Source: Thermoanaerobaculia bacterium
GTDB taxonomy: Bacteria; Acidobacteriota; Thermoanaerobaculia; Multivoradales; Multivoraceae
DNA length: 64,000 nt
NCBI GenBank assembly: GCA_963666565.1
Contig: OY762911.1
Coordinates: forward strand, 1,568,001 to 1,632,000
Reading direction: 5' to 3'
Both the position numbers and the translations under genes were made by a program. The notes beneath the pieces were generated by a model. That model saw only the letters and a list, made by a program, of their open reading frames with translations, was not told the origin of the DNA and made no database searches. The number at the start of each line of letters is the position of its first letter. Position 1 is the first letter of the stretch. This document shows positions 21,039 through 29,912 of the stretch, one piece after another.

Positions 21039-21129
21039 GGAGGGGTGGCTGAGTGGTCGAAAGCACCGGTCTTGAAAACCGGCGTGGGTTCACCGCCTAC
21101 CGTGGGTTCGAATCCCACCCCCTCCGCCA
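21039..21129 (+). tRNA. tRNA-Ser(TGA)
   Basis: GGAGGGG TG GCTGAGTGGTCGAAAGC A CCGGT-CT TGA AA-ACCGG, long variable arm, GTGGGTTCGAATCCCAC CCCCTCC GCCA. Confidence 0.95.
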
Positions 21130-21426
21130 CGGGGTCCAGCGGCGACCGTTGAGCACCGGTCTTGGCGTGTTCCCGCGTCGGCGTGGGTTCTTCGCCCACC
21201 GTGGGTTCGAATCCCACCCCCTCCGCCACGGGGTCCAGCGGCGACCGTTGAGCACCGGTCTTGGCGTGTTCCCGGGTCGGCGTGGGTTCACCGCCCACCG
21301 TGGGTTCGAATCCCACCCCCTCCGCCACGGGGTCCAGCGGCGACCGTTGAGCACCGGTCTTGGCGTGTTCCCGGGTCGGCGTGGGTTCTTCGCCCACCGT
21401 GGGTTCGAATCCCACCCCCTCCGCCA
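21130..21426 (+). repeat. Three 99-bp tandem tRNA-Ser-derived units
   Basis: Units 21130-21228, 21229-21327, 21328-21426, each ending gtgggttcgaatcccaccccctccgcca. Confidence 0.95.
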
Positions 21427-21481
21427 CAGTGGCCGGCGGCCTTCTCATCTTGGCTGCGTGGCTCCGCGGCGCCGCCCGTGG

Positions 21482-21508
21482 GCGGGTCAGAAGGCCCGCG
21501 CACCCAGC
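21482..21508. repeat. REP element, family B
   Basis: gcgggtcagaaggcccgcgcacccag is the reverse complement of the GGTGC-GCGGGTC-TTCC-GACCCGC type. Confidence 0.7.
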
Positions 21509-21543
21509 CGAGGGTCTCCAGCATCCTGGAGGAGTGGTGAGCG

Positions 21544-22503
21544 ATGAAGATCAAGGCGTTACAGTACGATGCACTACTACGAGGAGCCGCCGTGCCCCAG
21601 ACTCCGACCGATGCTTGGCAGGCCGAGGTTCGCGCCGAACTCGCCAACCTCGAGGAGATCGCCCTGGCGACGAAGCCGGAACCCGGCGATCTCCCGAACC
21701 TGCGCGGCGTGGACGTCTACGGGATCTCCAAGCCGCTGTACCAGGCGATCGGCGGCGACCATCTGATCTACCTCGACTTCAAGCAGCGGTACGACCTGGA
21801 CCGGCGTCTGCTTGAGGCGGAAGCAGTGGGGCGGTCGGAGGTCGTGGCGGGCCTGCGGAAGTGCCGGCAGCGGGCCGGCGTCCTGGTGGCCGACGTGTCC
21901 GGGCACAAGATGACGGACGCCCTGGTCGCGGCCATGCTCCACCAGGCCTTCCTCCTCGGTGCGTACTACGAGCTGGACCGCTTCGGCGAGATCACGACGA
22001 AGCTCTTCGAGCACATCAATCAGCGTTTCTACAAGTCGACCACGCTGAACAAGTACCTGACCATGCTCTACGGCGAGGTCTCGGAGCAGGGGAAGTTCCG
22101 GTTCGTTTCGGCGGGGCACCCGGCGCCGCTCCTGTTCGCGGGGCGTCCCGGCCGCATCGAGCATCTGCCCGAAGAGCAGATGGTGCGGTTCCCGCCGGTG
22201 GGCATGTTCGCCTCGAACGCCGACGCGGACGAGCGGGTCGACCCCGGGCCGCTCGGCTACAAGCGCCCTTACGAGGTCAACGAGGTGGAACTGCTGGAGG
22301 CCGGCGACCTGCTGCTGCTGTACACCGACGGCTTCGCCGAGCACGGCGAGGAGCGGTACCTCGAAGAGCGCGTCGAGGGGTTGCTGGAAGCGGTCCGCGG
22401 CGAGACGGCGAAGGAGATCTGCGAGCGGCTCTGGGCGGACCTGGAGGAGTTTGCGGCGCCGGAGGACGATGTGACGCTTGTGGTGGTGAAGAAGACGGAG
22501 TAG
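21544..22503 (+). CDS. PP2C/SpoIIE (RsbU-like) serine phosphatase
   Basis: IGGD, VADVSGH, SAGHP, YTDG, DDVTLVV; GGAGG RBS. Confidence 0.9.
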   Translation: MKIKALQYDALLRGAAVPQTPTDAWQAEVRAELANLEEIALATKPEPGDLPNLRGVDVYGISKPLYQAIGGDHLIYLDFKQRYDLDRRLLEAEAVGRSEVVAGLRKCRQRAGVLVADVSGHKMTDALVAAMLHQAFLLGAYYELDRFGEITTKLFEHINQRFYKSTTLNKYLTMLYGEVSEQGKFRFVSAGHPAPLLFAGRPGRIEHLPEEQMVRFPPVGMFASNADADERVDPGPLGYKRPYEVNEVELLEAGDLLLLYTDGFAEHGEERYLEERVEGLLEAVRGETAKEICERLWADLEEFAAPEDDVTLVVVKKTE

Positions 22504-22584
22504 GGGGGGCAGGGACAAGGAGAGGCCTTTCGGCTCGGAGGACGCTGCCGTTCTGCTACCGTAACTGCCAGATCGGCAGCAGAA

Positions 22585-23742
22585 ATGGCATCTCTAGCGC
22601 GATTCTTCCAGCCTCCCGAGGCGAGCCACTTCCTGTTCGGCCCCAGAGGGACCGGCAAGTCGACGTTCCTGCGAGAGACGTTCGAAGACGCCCTCTGGCT
22701 CGACCTGCTGCGGCCGGAGGTGGAGCAGCGGTTCGCCGCCCGGCCGGACCGGCTCCGCGAGCTCGTCGACGGCGAGCCGGATGCCGAAGTCGTCGTCATC
22801 GACGAGGTGCAGAAGGTCCCGGCGCTGCTCGACGTCGTTCACCACCTGATCGAACGGCGCGGCCGGCGCGCCGCTCCGCGGTTCGTGCTGACGGGTTCCT
22901 CGGCCCGCAAGCTGAGGAGCGCCGGCGTCAATCTGCTGGCGGGCCGGCTGCTGCTCACGCGGTTGCATCCGTTCATGGCGGCGGAGTTGCCCTCGTTCGA
23001 CCTCGCGCTCGCCCTTCGCCGCGGCCTGTTGCCGGTCGTGTGGGACGCGGACACGCCGGACGCGACGCTGGCGTCCTACGTGGCACTGTACGTGCGGGAG
23101 GAGGTTCAGACCGAGGGCCTGGTTCGCCGGCTGGACGACTTCGCACGCTTCGTCGAAGTGGTCTCGTTCTCCCACGGCTCGGTGTTGAACGTCTCCGAAG
23201 TGGCCCGGGAAGTCCACGCGAGCCGAAAGACGGTCGAGTCCTACATCGGGATCCTCGAGGACCTCTACCTGGCCTTCCGGCTCCCGGTGTTCAGGAGGCG
23301 GCAGAAACGCCAGTTGACGGCCCATCCGAAGTTCTACTGGTTCGATGCCGGCGTCTTCCGGTCGGTTCGTCCGGCCGGTCCGCTCGACCGCCCGGAGGAG
23401 ATCGAGGGAGGCGCCCTCGAAGGGTTGGTTGCCCAGCACCTGCGCGCATGGATCGACTACTCCGGCTCGAACGCCAGCCTTTCCTTCTGGCGCACGAAGT
23501 CGGGTAACGAGGTGGACTTCGTCGTGTACGGGGAGGAAGGCCTGTGGGCCTTCGAGGTGCAGAACAGCACCACCGTGCGCGGGCGCGACCTACGGGGGCT
23601 GCGCGCTTTCCTCGAGGACTACCCGGAGGCTCGGGCGCGCCTGCTGTACCGGGGCGAAGAGCGCCTCGGCATCGACGGCATCCGCTGCGAGCCGTGTGAG
23701 GCGTACCTGGCGGCGATCAGCCCGGGGCGGCCGCTTGGCTGA
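22585..23742 (+). CDS. AAA ATPase with DUF4143 domain
   Basis: GPRGTGKS, IDEVQK, LTGSSAR, LAGR, PKFYWFDAG, EVDFV. Confidence 0.9.
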   Translation: MASLARFFQPPEASHFLFGPRGTGKSTFLRETFEDALWLDLLRPEVEQRFAARPDRLRELVDGEPDAEVVVIDEVQKVPALLDVVHHLIERRGRRAAPRFVLTGSSARKLRSAGVNLLAGRLLLTRLHPFMAAELPSFDLALALRRGLLPVVWDADTPDATLASYVALYVREEVQTEGLVRRLDDFARFVEVVSFSHGSVLNVSEVAREVHASRKTVESYIGILEDLYLAFRLPVFRRRQKRQLTAHPKFYWFDAGVFRSVRPAGPLDRPEEIEGGALEGLVAQHLRAWIDYSGSNASLSFWRTKSGNEVDFVVYGEEGLWAFEVQNSTTVRGRDLRGLRAFLEDYPEARARLLYRGEERLGIDGIRCEPCEAYLAAISPGRPLG

Positions 23743-23871
23743 TCCACACCGGATGCACCGGGGTGCCATCCCGCGGCCATGGGAGCGCGTGGAGGCCCAG
23801 GTCGAAGGGCTGCAACGAGTCCTGGGCGACGTGGAGCGGCAGTCTCAACTCACCAGCCAGCGCGGATGCCG

Positions 23872-25172
23872 TCATCGTCTTGCATCTCCCGCGGTCGTCT
23901 CTTCCTCTTCCGCCGTCTCAACCGGCGCCAGCTTCAGCAGCGCACCGTCCGTCTCGTCGGTGATCACGTAGATCAGGTCGTCGGGGCCCTGGCGAACGTC
24001 GCGGATGCGCTTGCCGATTTCCTTCAACAGCCACTCGCGGCCAAGTTCCTCGCCGGCCTCGCTGAAGATGAGCCGTTCGAGGTGCCCGGTGTTCGGCATC
24101 CGGCCCGTCATCAGCGCGCCGGCGAACAGGTTGCCCTTCCACTCGGGGAAGGCGTCGCCGGTGTAGAACATGAGCCCCGAGGCGCGATCGAGGGCAGCCA
24201 GAAGATCGCCGGCTCCTCCATGCCCTCGGCCCAGAAGCGCTCGGAGATGCGCACGCCGTTGTAGTGGCGGCCGTAGGAGACCACCGGCCAGCCGTAGTTC
24301 TTGCCGGCTTCGATGGCGTTCAACTCGTCGCCGCCCTGCGGGGCGTGCTCGGTGGTCCAGGGCTGGTTGGTTTCGGGGTGGAGAGCCAGGCCCATCTGAT
24401 TGCGGTGGCCCATCGAGTAGATCTCGGGCTTGTGCCCCTCCTTGCCGACGAAGGGGTTGTCGTCGGGCACGCTGCCGTCGAGGCGGAGGCGCAGCGTCTT
24501 GCCGGCGTGGCTGTTCGGGTCCTGGGCCAGCTTGGCGTGGCCGAAGAAGCTCTGGGTGCCGTCGACGAGGTCGGCGCCGAAGGCTCCGCCCATCGTCATG
24601 TACATGATGTCCTCGCCGGGCACGAAAGCGAGCCGCGCGGCGGCGATCGAGCCGCCCCAGGGCTCGGCGACGAACACGTCCTCGAGGTCGACGAGGGACA
24701 TCCCGTCGAGCTTGCCGCGGACCAGGGCGACGGTGCCCTCGCGGCCCGAAACCTGCCTCGTGTAGGTGAGGTAGACGTAGCCGTTGTCGGCGAAGTGCGG
24801 GTGGATGGCGACTTCCATCATGCCGGCGAGGCTGCGGGCGAGCACGTCGTCGGGAACGCCGGCGATGGGTTCGTCCACGAGCACGCCGTCCCGGACCAGG
24901 CGGAGCGCGCCCCGGCGCTCGGTGATCAGCATGTCGCCCCTGGGCAGGAACGCGAGGGACCACGGGCGGTTGATGCCGCGCGCGACGACGGAGACCTCCA
25001 CCTCGGGGATCAGGTGGGTGTTCATGATCCACGGCTCGTCGGGCAGTTCGACGCGTGGAATGCCGCTGCCTCCGCGGCCGTATCCGGCCTGCGCGACGGC
25101 CTGGCCGGCGATGGCGGCCGTCAGCAGTAGCGTGACGAGCGGAACGAGTCGCGCCTTGGTGAATGTGGTCAT
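23872..25172 (-). pseudogene. PQQ-dependent glucose/sorbosone dehydrogenase, frameshifted near 24181
   Basis: Signal peptide, PWSLAFLP, GHRNQMG, EHAPQGGDELN, GKNYGWP in one frame; SGLMFYTG...RIRDVRQGPD continues in another frame. Confidence 0.85.
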
Positions 25173-25234
25173 CGTGAATCTCCTTTCAACTCCGGGTCGC
25201 TGCCTGGAGGAGAGGCCGAAGGCCGGCTCCGCTT

Positions 25235-25659
25235 CTACCCATCCGTTTCAACCTCTCCCGCCGCCTCCTCCGGCCACTCGGCCCCCTGCAGGATCCACAG
25301 CCGGATCGTCTCGATCTGCTCCTCGGTCAACTGGGTGCCGGCCTCGTACGGCGGCATCCGCATCTCCAGGAACTCCGAACTCACGCGGATGTAGAGCTCG
25401 CTGTCGTCCGGGTCGCCCGGGGCGATGTTGGGGAAGCCGCCGAGGTCCTTGAACGCCGCCTCCTTGATGTCGAGCCGCAGGTCCGCCTCGCGGCGCGACC
25501 TGTCCTCGCCGTGGCACTCGTAGCAGAACGCCTCCAGGATCGGCTGCACGTCCTTCAGGTAGTCGACCTTCTGCTCGTCCTGGCCGCCCGCGGGAGGCGC
25601 TCCGGCCGCGCCGGCGCACAACAGGGCCAGAGCCAGGAACAGTCGGGGAGGTGCGTTCA
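25235..25659 (-). CDS. Planctomycete-type cytochrome c domain protein
   Basis: Signal peptide, DVQPIL..CYECHG, LRLD, PGDPDDSEL, MPP, WILQGA. Confidence 0.85.
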
Positions 25660-25790
25660 TGCCAGTTCTTCCCTTCAAGCCGAGAGACCCGCGCCGCCTT
25701 GGCGTTTCGGGCTCAAGGCCGGCAGCGGGTCTCGGCTACAGTGTAGCCGGTTTGTGGGCAGCGGCTCAGTATCGAAGACGGACGCGCAGC

Positions 25791-27743
25791 ATGGCAACAG
25801 TGAAGCAGGAGGCGAAGATCGCGGCGGTCGCCGCAGCCGCGCCGGCGACGGCGGTGGCCGGAGCGCTCCTGCTTGCCTGCGGACCGGCCTCAAACGGGGC
25901 GGCGGTCGGCGACTGGCCGATGTACCGCGGCGACGCGGCCGGCACCGGCTACTCGGCCCTTGCCGAGATCGGTCCGGCCAACGTCGCGCAGCTCGCGGCG
26001 GCCTGGAGCTACGCGCTCGCCGCGCCGGCGACGGGCGACGAGGAGGCGGGCGGCGACGGCCGGCCGGCGCGCTCCCAGGCGACGCCGATAGCGGTCGACG
26101 GGGTTCTCTATCTGCCGGCTCCCGACGCCGTGGTCGCGCTCGAGGGCACGACCGGCGCCGAGATCTGGCGCCACACGGTGGCGGACGGCGCTCCGTCGCG
26201 GCGCGGCGTCTCGTACTGGCCGGGCGGCGGAGCGGGCGAGGCGGCGCCCCGCATCGTGTTCTGCGCCGGTTCGCGGCTCATCGCCCTCGACGCGGCCACC
26301 GGCGCGCTGGCGACGGAGTTCGGCGACGGCGGCGCCGTCGACATCGGCGTTCCCTACAACTCGGTGCCGCTGGTGTGGGAGGACATCGTCGTCGTCGGCG
26401 CGAACACGCCCCGCGGCGCGCCCGGCGGCATCGGCAACGCCCGGGCCTTCAGCGCAGTGACCGGCGAGAAGCTGTGGGAGTTCAGTTCCGTGCCGCAGCC
26501 GGGCCAGGTCGGCCACGACACGTGGGCAGGCGACAGTTGGCGCGGCCGACTCGGCGCGAACGCCTGGCCCTTCTACTTCACGGTCGACGAGGAACGGGAA
26601 CTCGTGTTCCTGCCGCTCGCTTCGCCGATTCCGTTCGCCTACGGCGGCGACCGGCACGGCGCCAACCTGTTCGCCAACTCGGTGGTCGCGGTCGACATCC
26701 GCACCGGCGAGTACCGTTGGCACTTCCAGACCATTCACCACGACATATGGGACCACGATCCGCCGGCGCCGCCGGTGCTGTTCGAGGTGGAGCGGGGCGG
26801 GGAGCCGATCGACGCCCTCGCCGTGACGACGAAGTCGGGCTACCTCTTCGTCCTGAACCGCGAGAACGGCGAGCCGGTGTTCGGCGTCGAAGAGCGTCCG
26901 ATGCCCGCGAGCGAGGTGCCCGGCGAGCGGACCCATCCGACCCAGCCGATCCCGAGCGTGACGCCGGCGCTGGGGCGGGTCGGCTACGAGCCGGAGGACC
27001 TGGCGACCGCCGGGGACACGACCGCCGAGCACGCGGCGGCCTGCGCGGAACTGGTCGAGAGCGTCGGGCCGCTCCACAACGCGGGTCCGTACACGCCGTG
27101 GATCCACCGGGGCGCCGAGGACCGGGGCGCCGAGGACCGTGGCGCCGAGGACCGCGGTGCCGAGGACCGTGGCGCCGAGGCGCGCGGCGCCACCCTGCTG
27201 TTCCCGGGCTTGGCCGGCGGCCCGAACTGGGGCGGCGTCGCCTTCGACCCGGCGACGCGCCGGTTGCTGGCGTTCAGCCAGGACGTCGGCACGATGGGTT
27301 GGGTCGAGGAGGACGCGGAATCCGACCCCGCGACGTACGTTCTGCGCGTGGCCCGGCCGTTCTCCTTCGCGGTCCGCATCGGCGACGCGTCCTGGCCGTG
27401 CCAGAAGCCGCCGTGGGGAACGTTGACCGCCGTCGATGCCGATACCGGCGAAGTCGCGTGGCGGCGGCCGCTCGGCGTGACGGAGGGGCTGCCGGCGGGG
27501 AGGCGGGAGACCGGCCGTCCGGGCCGCGCCTCGGCAATCGTGACCGCCGGCGGCCTCGCCTTCATCGCCGCGACCGACGACCGCCGCTTCCGGGCGCTCG
27601 ACGTCGAGACGGGCCGCGAACTGTGGTCGGCCGAACTGCCTCTTCCGGGCAACGCGAACCCGATGACCTGGTTGGCTGCGGACGGTCGGCAGTACGTGGC
27701 CGTGACGGCGACGGAAGAACTGGTCGCCTTCCGGTTGCCGTAG
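25791..27743 (+). CDS. PQQ-binding quinoprotein dehydrogenase (GDH-like)
   Basis: DWPMYRGD, QATPI, RRGVSYW, WHFQTIHHDIWDHD, GGPNWGG, CQKPPWG, NANPMT. Confidence 0.9.
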   Translation: MATVKQEAKIAAVAAAAPATAVAGALLLACGPASNGAAVGDWPMYRGDAAGTGYSALAEIGPANVAQLAAAWSYALAAPATGDEEAGGDGRPARSQATPIAVDGVLYLPAPDAVVALEGTTGAEIWRHTVADGAPSRRGVSYWPGGGAGEAAPRIVFCAGSRLIALDAATGALATEFGDGGAVDIGVPYNSVPLVWEDIVVVGANTPRGAPGGIGNARAFSAVTGEKLWEFSSVPQPGQVGHDTWAGDSWRGRLGANAWPFYFTVDEERELVFLPLASPIPFAYGGDRHGANLFANSVVAVDIRTGEYRWHFQTIHHDIWDHDPPAPPVLFEVERGGEPIDALAVTTKSGYLFVLNRENGEPVFGVEERPMPASEVPGERTHPTQPIPSVTPALGRVGYEPEDLATAGDTTAEHAAACAELVESVGPLHNAGPYTPWIHRGAEDRGAEDRGAEDRGAEDRGAEARGATLLFPGLAGGPNWGGVAFDPATRRLLAFSQDVGTMGWVEEDAESDPATYVLRVARPFSFAVRIGDASWPCQKPPWGTLTAVDADTGEVAWRRPLGVTEGLPAGRRETGRPGRASAIVTAGGLAFIAATDDRRFRALDVETGRELWSAELPLPGNANPMTWLAADGRQYVAVTATEELVAFRLP

Positions 27744-27765
27744 CGAGGAGAAGCCACAGGAGGAG

Positions 27766-27958
27766 CGCACCCAGTGTGTGACCTCGGCCGAACCGAAAGC
27801 TGGCGAGGACGCCGACGCACCCAGTCTGCAACCTCGGCCGAACCGAAAGCTGGCGAGGACGCCAGCGCACCCAGTCTGCAACTCCGTCGACGGCCCACAC
27901 TGGGTACGCCGGCGTCCTCGCCGGCTGCCGCCGCAGGCGGCCGAGAAACGCGCCGGCC
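27766..27958. repeat. REPIN cluster: 50-bp tandem REP units plus an inverted family A REP
   Basis: gcacccag at 27767, 27817, 27867 (period 50); inverted ctgggtacgccggcgtcctcgccggc at 27900. Confidence 0.85.
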
Positions 27959-28001
27959 AAAGGCCGGCTCCTTTCGGAGGTTGCTACAGTCGCCGCAACA
28001 G

Positions 28002-29057
28002 ATGTCCAGCCACGACGAAACCACAGGCCCCGAGGGCTACGATCAACCTGCCGTCGAGGCCTGGATCGCCGACCGCGTCGACAGCCTGACGCCGCCCCTC
28101 CAGTGGACGCGCCTGGAGGGCGGCCACTCGAACCTGACGTACCGGATCGACGACGCGGAGGGCCGCACCGCGGTCATCCGGCGGCCGCCGCAGGGCAAAC
28201 TGCTGCCCAAGGCGCACGACATGAGCCGCGAGTGGGCGCTGATCTCGGCGCTCGGGCCGACTCCGGTGCCGGTACCGCCGGCGATTGCCTTCTGCGAGAG
28301 TCCCGACGTCACCGGCGCCTGGTTCTACGTGATGGGCCTGGTCGACGGCCGGCCGCTCTACAGCTCGGCCCACACGGAGGAGTGGGTGCCGCGGGCGCGT
28401 CGCCCGAAGCTGGCGTACTCGTTCATCGACGTTCTGGCCGAGCTCCACGCGGTCGACCCGGACGAGGTCGGGCTCGGTGACCTCGGCAAGCGGGACAGCT
28501 ACGTGGGGCGGCAGCTTCGCACCTGGTACCGGTCGTGGACCGCGTCCGTCGAGCCGGCGCAACTCGACGACCCGCGGGCGCACGAACTGCAGCGTTACTT
28601 CCTGGAGAACCTGCCGGACCAGGGTCCGGCGCGGGTCGTTCACGGCGACTACGGCCTGCACAACTGCCTCGTGGGGCCGGACTCGACGATCGCCGCCGTC
28701 GTCGACTGGGAGATCTCGACCCTCGGCGATCCGCTGGCGGACCTGACCTATGCGATGAACCAGTGGATGCCGGCGACCGACACGATGCCCACCGGCTCCG
28801 GCGGCGCCACCGCGGCGCCCGGTTTCCCGGCGCGCGAGGAGCTGCTGCAGCGGTACGCCGAGCGCACCGGCCGCGACCTGTCGCATCTCGACTACTACGT
28901 CGGCTTCAACCGCTGGAAGTCCGCGGCCATCGTCCACGGCGTGTACGCCCGGTACATGGAAGGCAAGAAGAGCACCGAGGGCGTCGACCTGCCCGAGATG
29001 CGCCAGCGCATCGTGCGGACGCTCGACTTGGCCGAAGAAGCCGTCAACCGCCTCTGA
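28002..29057 (+). CDS. APH-family phosphotransferase (ACAD10/11 N-domain-like)
   Basis: GGHSNLTY, RRPP, AHDMSRE, VHGDY, DWEISTLGDPLADL. Confidence 0.9.
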   Translation: MSSHDETTGPEGYDQPAVEAWIADRVDSLTPPLQWTRLEGGHSNLTYRIDDAEGRTAVIRRPPQGKLLPKAHDMSREWALISALGPTPVPVPPAIAFCESPDVTGAWFYVMGLVDGRPLYSSAHTEEWVPRARRPKLAYSFIDVLAELHAVDPDEVGLGDLGKRDSYVGRQLRTWYRSWTASVEPAQLDDPRAHELQRYFLENLPDQGPARVVHGDYGLHNCLVGPDSTIAAVVDWEISTLGDPLADLTYAMNQWMPATDTMPTGSGGATAAPGFPAREELLQRYAERTGRDLSHLDYYVGFNRWKSAAIVHGVYARYMEGKKSTEGVDLPEMRQRIVRTLDLAEEAVNRL

Positions 29058-29132
29058 GGCCGCCAACCGGGTGCGCCGGCGTACCCAGTGTGCAACTCCG
29101 TCGCGGTCGCGCCCGGCGCGGGACCTCCGTTG

Positions 29133-29912
29133 CTAGTCCGTATCCGGCCGGTCGTCCGGGACGAAGCTATCGCGGTTCGGCATCTCGATCTTCGGCAAGC
29201 TCTCCTGGTCGAGCACGGCGTCCTCGCCGACGATTCCGCCCAGGTACAGCAGATGCGCGACGACGGCGTAGATCTCGTCGTCGGTCAGCGCGCCCGGCGA
29301 CTCGTAGGGCATGGAACGGCGGACGTAGTCCCAGAGAGTCGTGGCGTAGGGCCAGTAGCTCTCGACGGTTCGCCTCGGTCGTTCGGAGGTCAGGCTGTCG
29401 CGGCCGCCGACGAGTGCCGTGGCCTCGTCGCCTTCGGCGTTCCGGCCGTGGCAAGCGGCGCAGAACTGCTGGTAGACCGCCTTGCCCTCGCTGACGGATC
29501 CGCGACCCGCAGGCAGCCCCTTGCCGTCGGGGAACACGGTGTAGCCGGCGGCGCGGAGCTCTTCGGCGGTCGGCTCGCTACCGAGGCCGGTTTGTTCGGA
29601 CTCGGCGGCGACTGCGGCACCGGAGACGAGGAGAAGGAAGGCAACGAAGAGAGCTCGCACACTGGGTGCGCCGGCGTCCTCGCCGGCCTTCGGGCGACGC
29701 CGCGAAGCGGTGGCGACCGAGACAACTCGCGAGGCCGAAGGCCTCTCCTTCCTGAAACGCCGCAGAGAGAAAGGAGCGAGGCCTACGCCCTCGCGCGCTT
29801 CCTTCAGAAGGCCGGCGGGGACGCCGGCGCACCCAGTGTGCGGCCTCGTGCCGATTGCCGAGGCCGGTGGGGACGCCGGCGCGCCGAGTGTGCGACTCCT
29901 AGGCGTCGGCAT
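29133..29912 (-). CDS. Monoheme cytochrome c (SoxD/SorB-like) with REPIN in its N-terminus
   Basis: PDGKGLPAG.GS, CAACHG, YWPYATTLWDYVRRSMP, MPNRD; ATG 29912 follows GGAGGTG and overlaps the molybdoenzyme 3' end. Confidence 0.85.
   Translation of the reverse strand: MPTPRSRTLGAPASPPASAIGTRPHTGCAGVPAGLLKEAREGVGLAPFSLRRFRKERPSASRVVSVATASRRRPKAGEDAGAPSVRALFVAFLLLVSGAAVAAESEQTGLGSEPTAEELRAAGYTVFPDGKGLPAGRGSVSEGKAVYQQFCAACHGRNAEGDEATALVGGRDSLTSERPRRTVESYWPYATTLWDYVRRSMPYESPGALTDDEIYAVVAHLLYLGGIVGEDAVLDQESLPKIEMPNRDSFVPDDRPDTD
29657..29897. repeat. REPIN (family A REPs in inverted orientation with palindromic core)
   Basis: ctgggtgcgccggcgtcctcgccggc ... gccggcggggacgccggcgcacccag; core is an inverted relative of 31190-31415. 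Confidence 0.85.

Noticed and set aside
21039-21129. tRNA-Sec
   Set aside because: The anticodon is TGA (reads UCA, Ser), not TCA, and the acceptor stem is 7 bp
21130-21426. CRISPR array
   Set aside because: Units are near-identical end to end with no unique spacers, derive from tRNA, and there are no cas genes in the window
21017-21547. ORFs with 33-aa repeats (21017-21448, 21053-21547)
   Set aside because: Translation of the tRNA and its 99-bp repeats; no coding signal
27766-27925. CRISPR-like repeat
   Set aside because: 50-bp units are REP duplications without variable spacers
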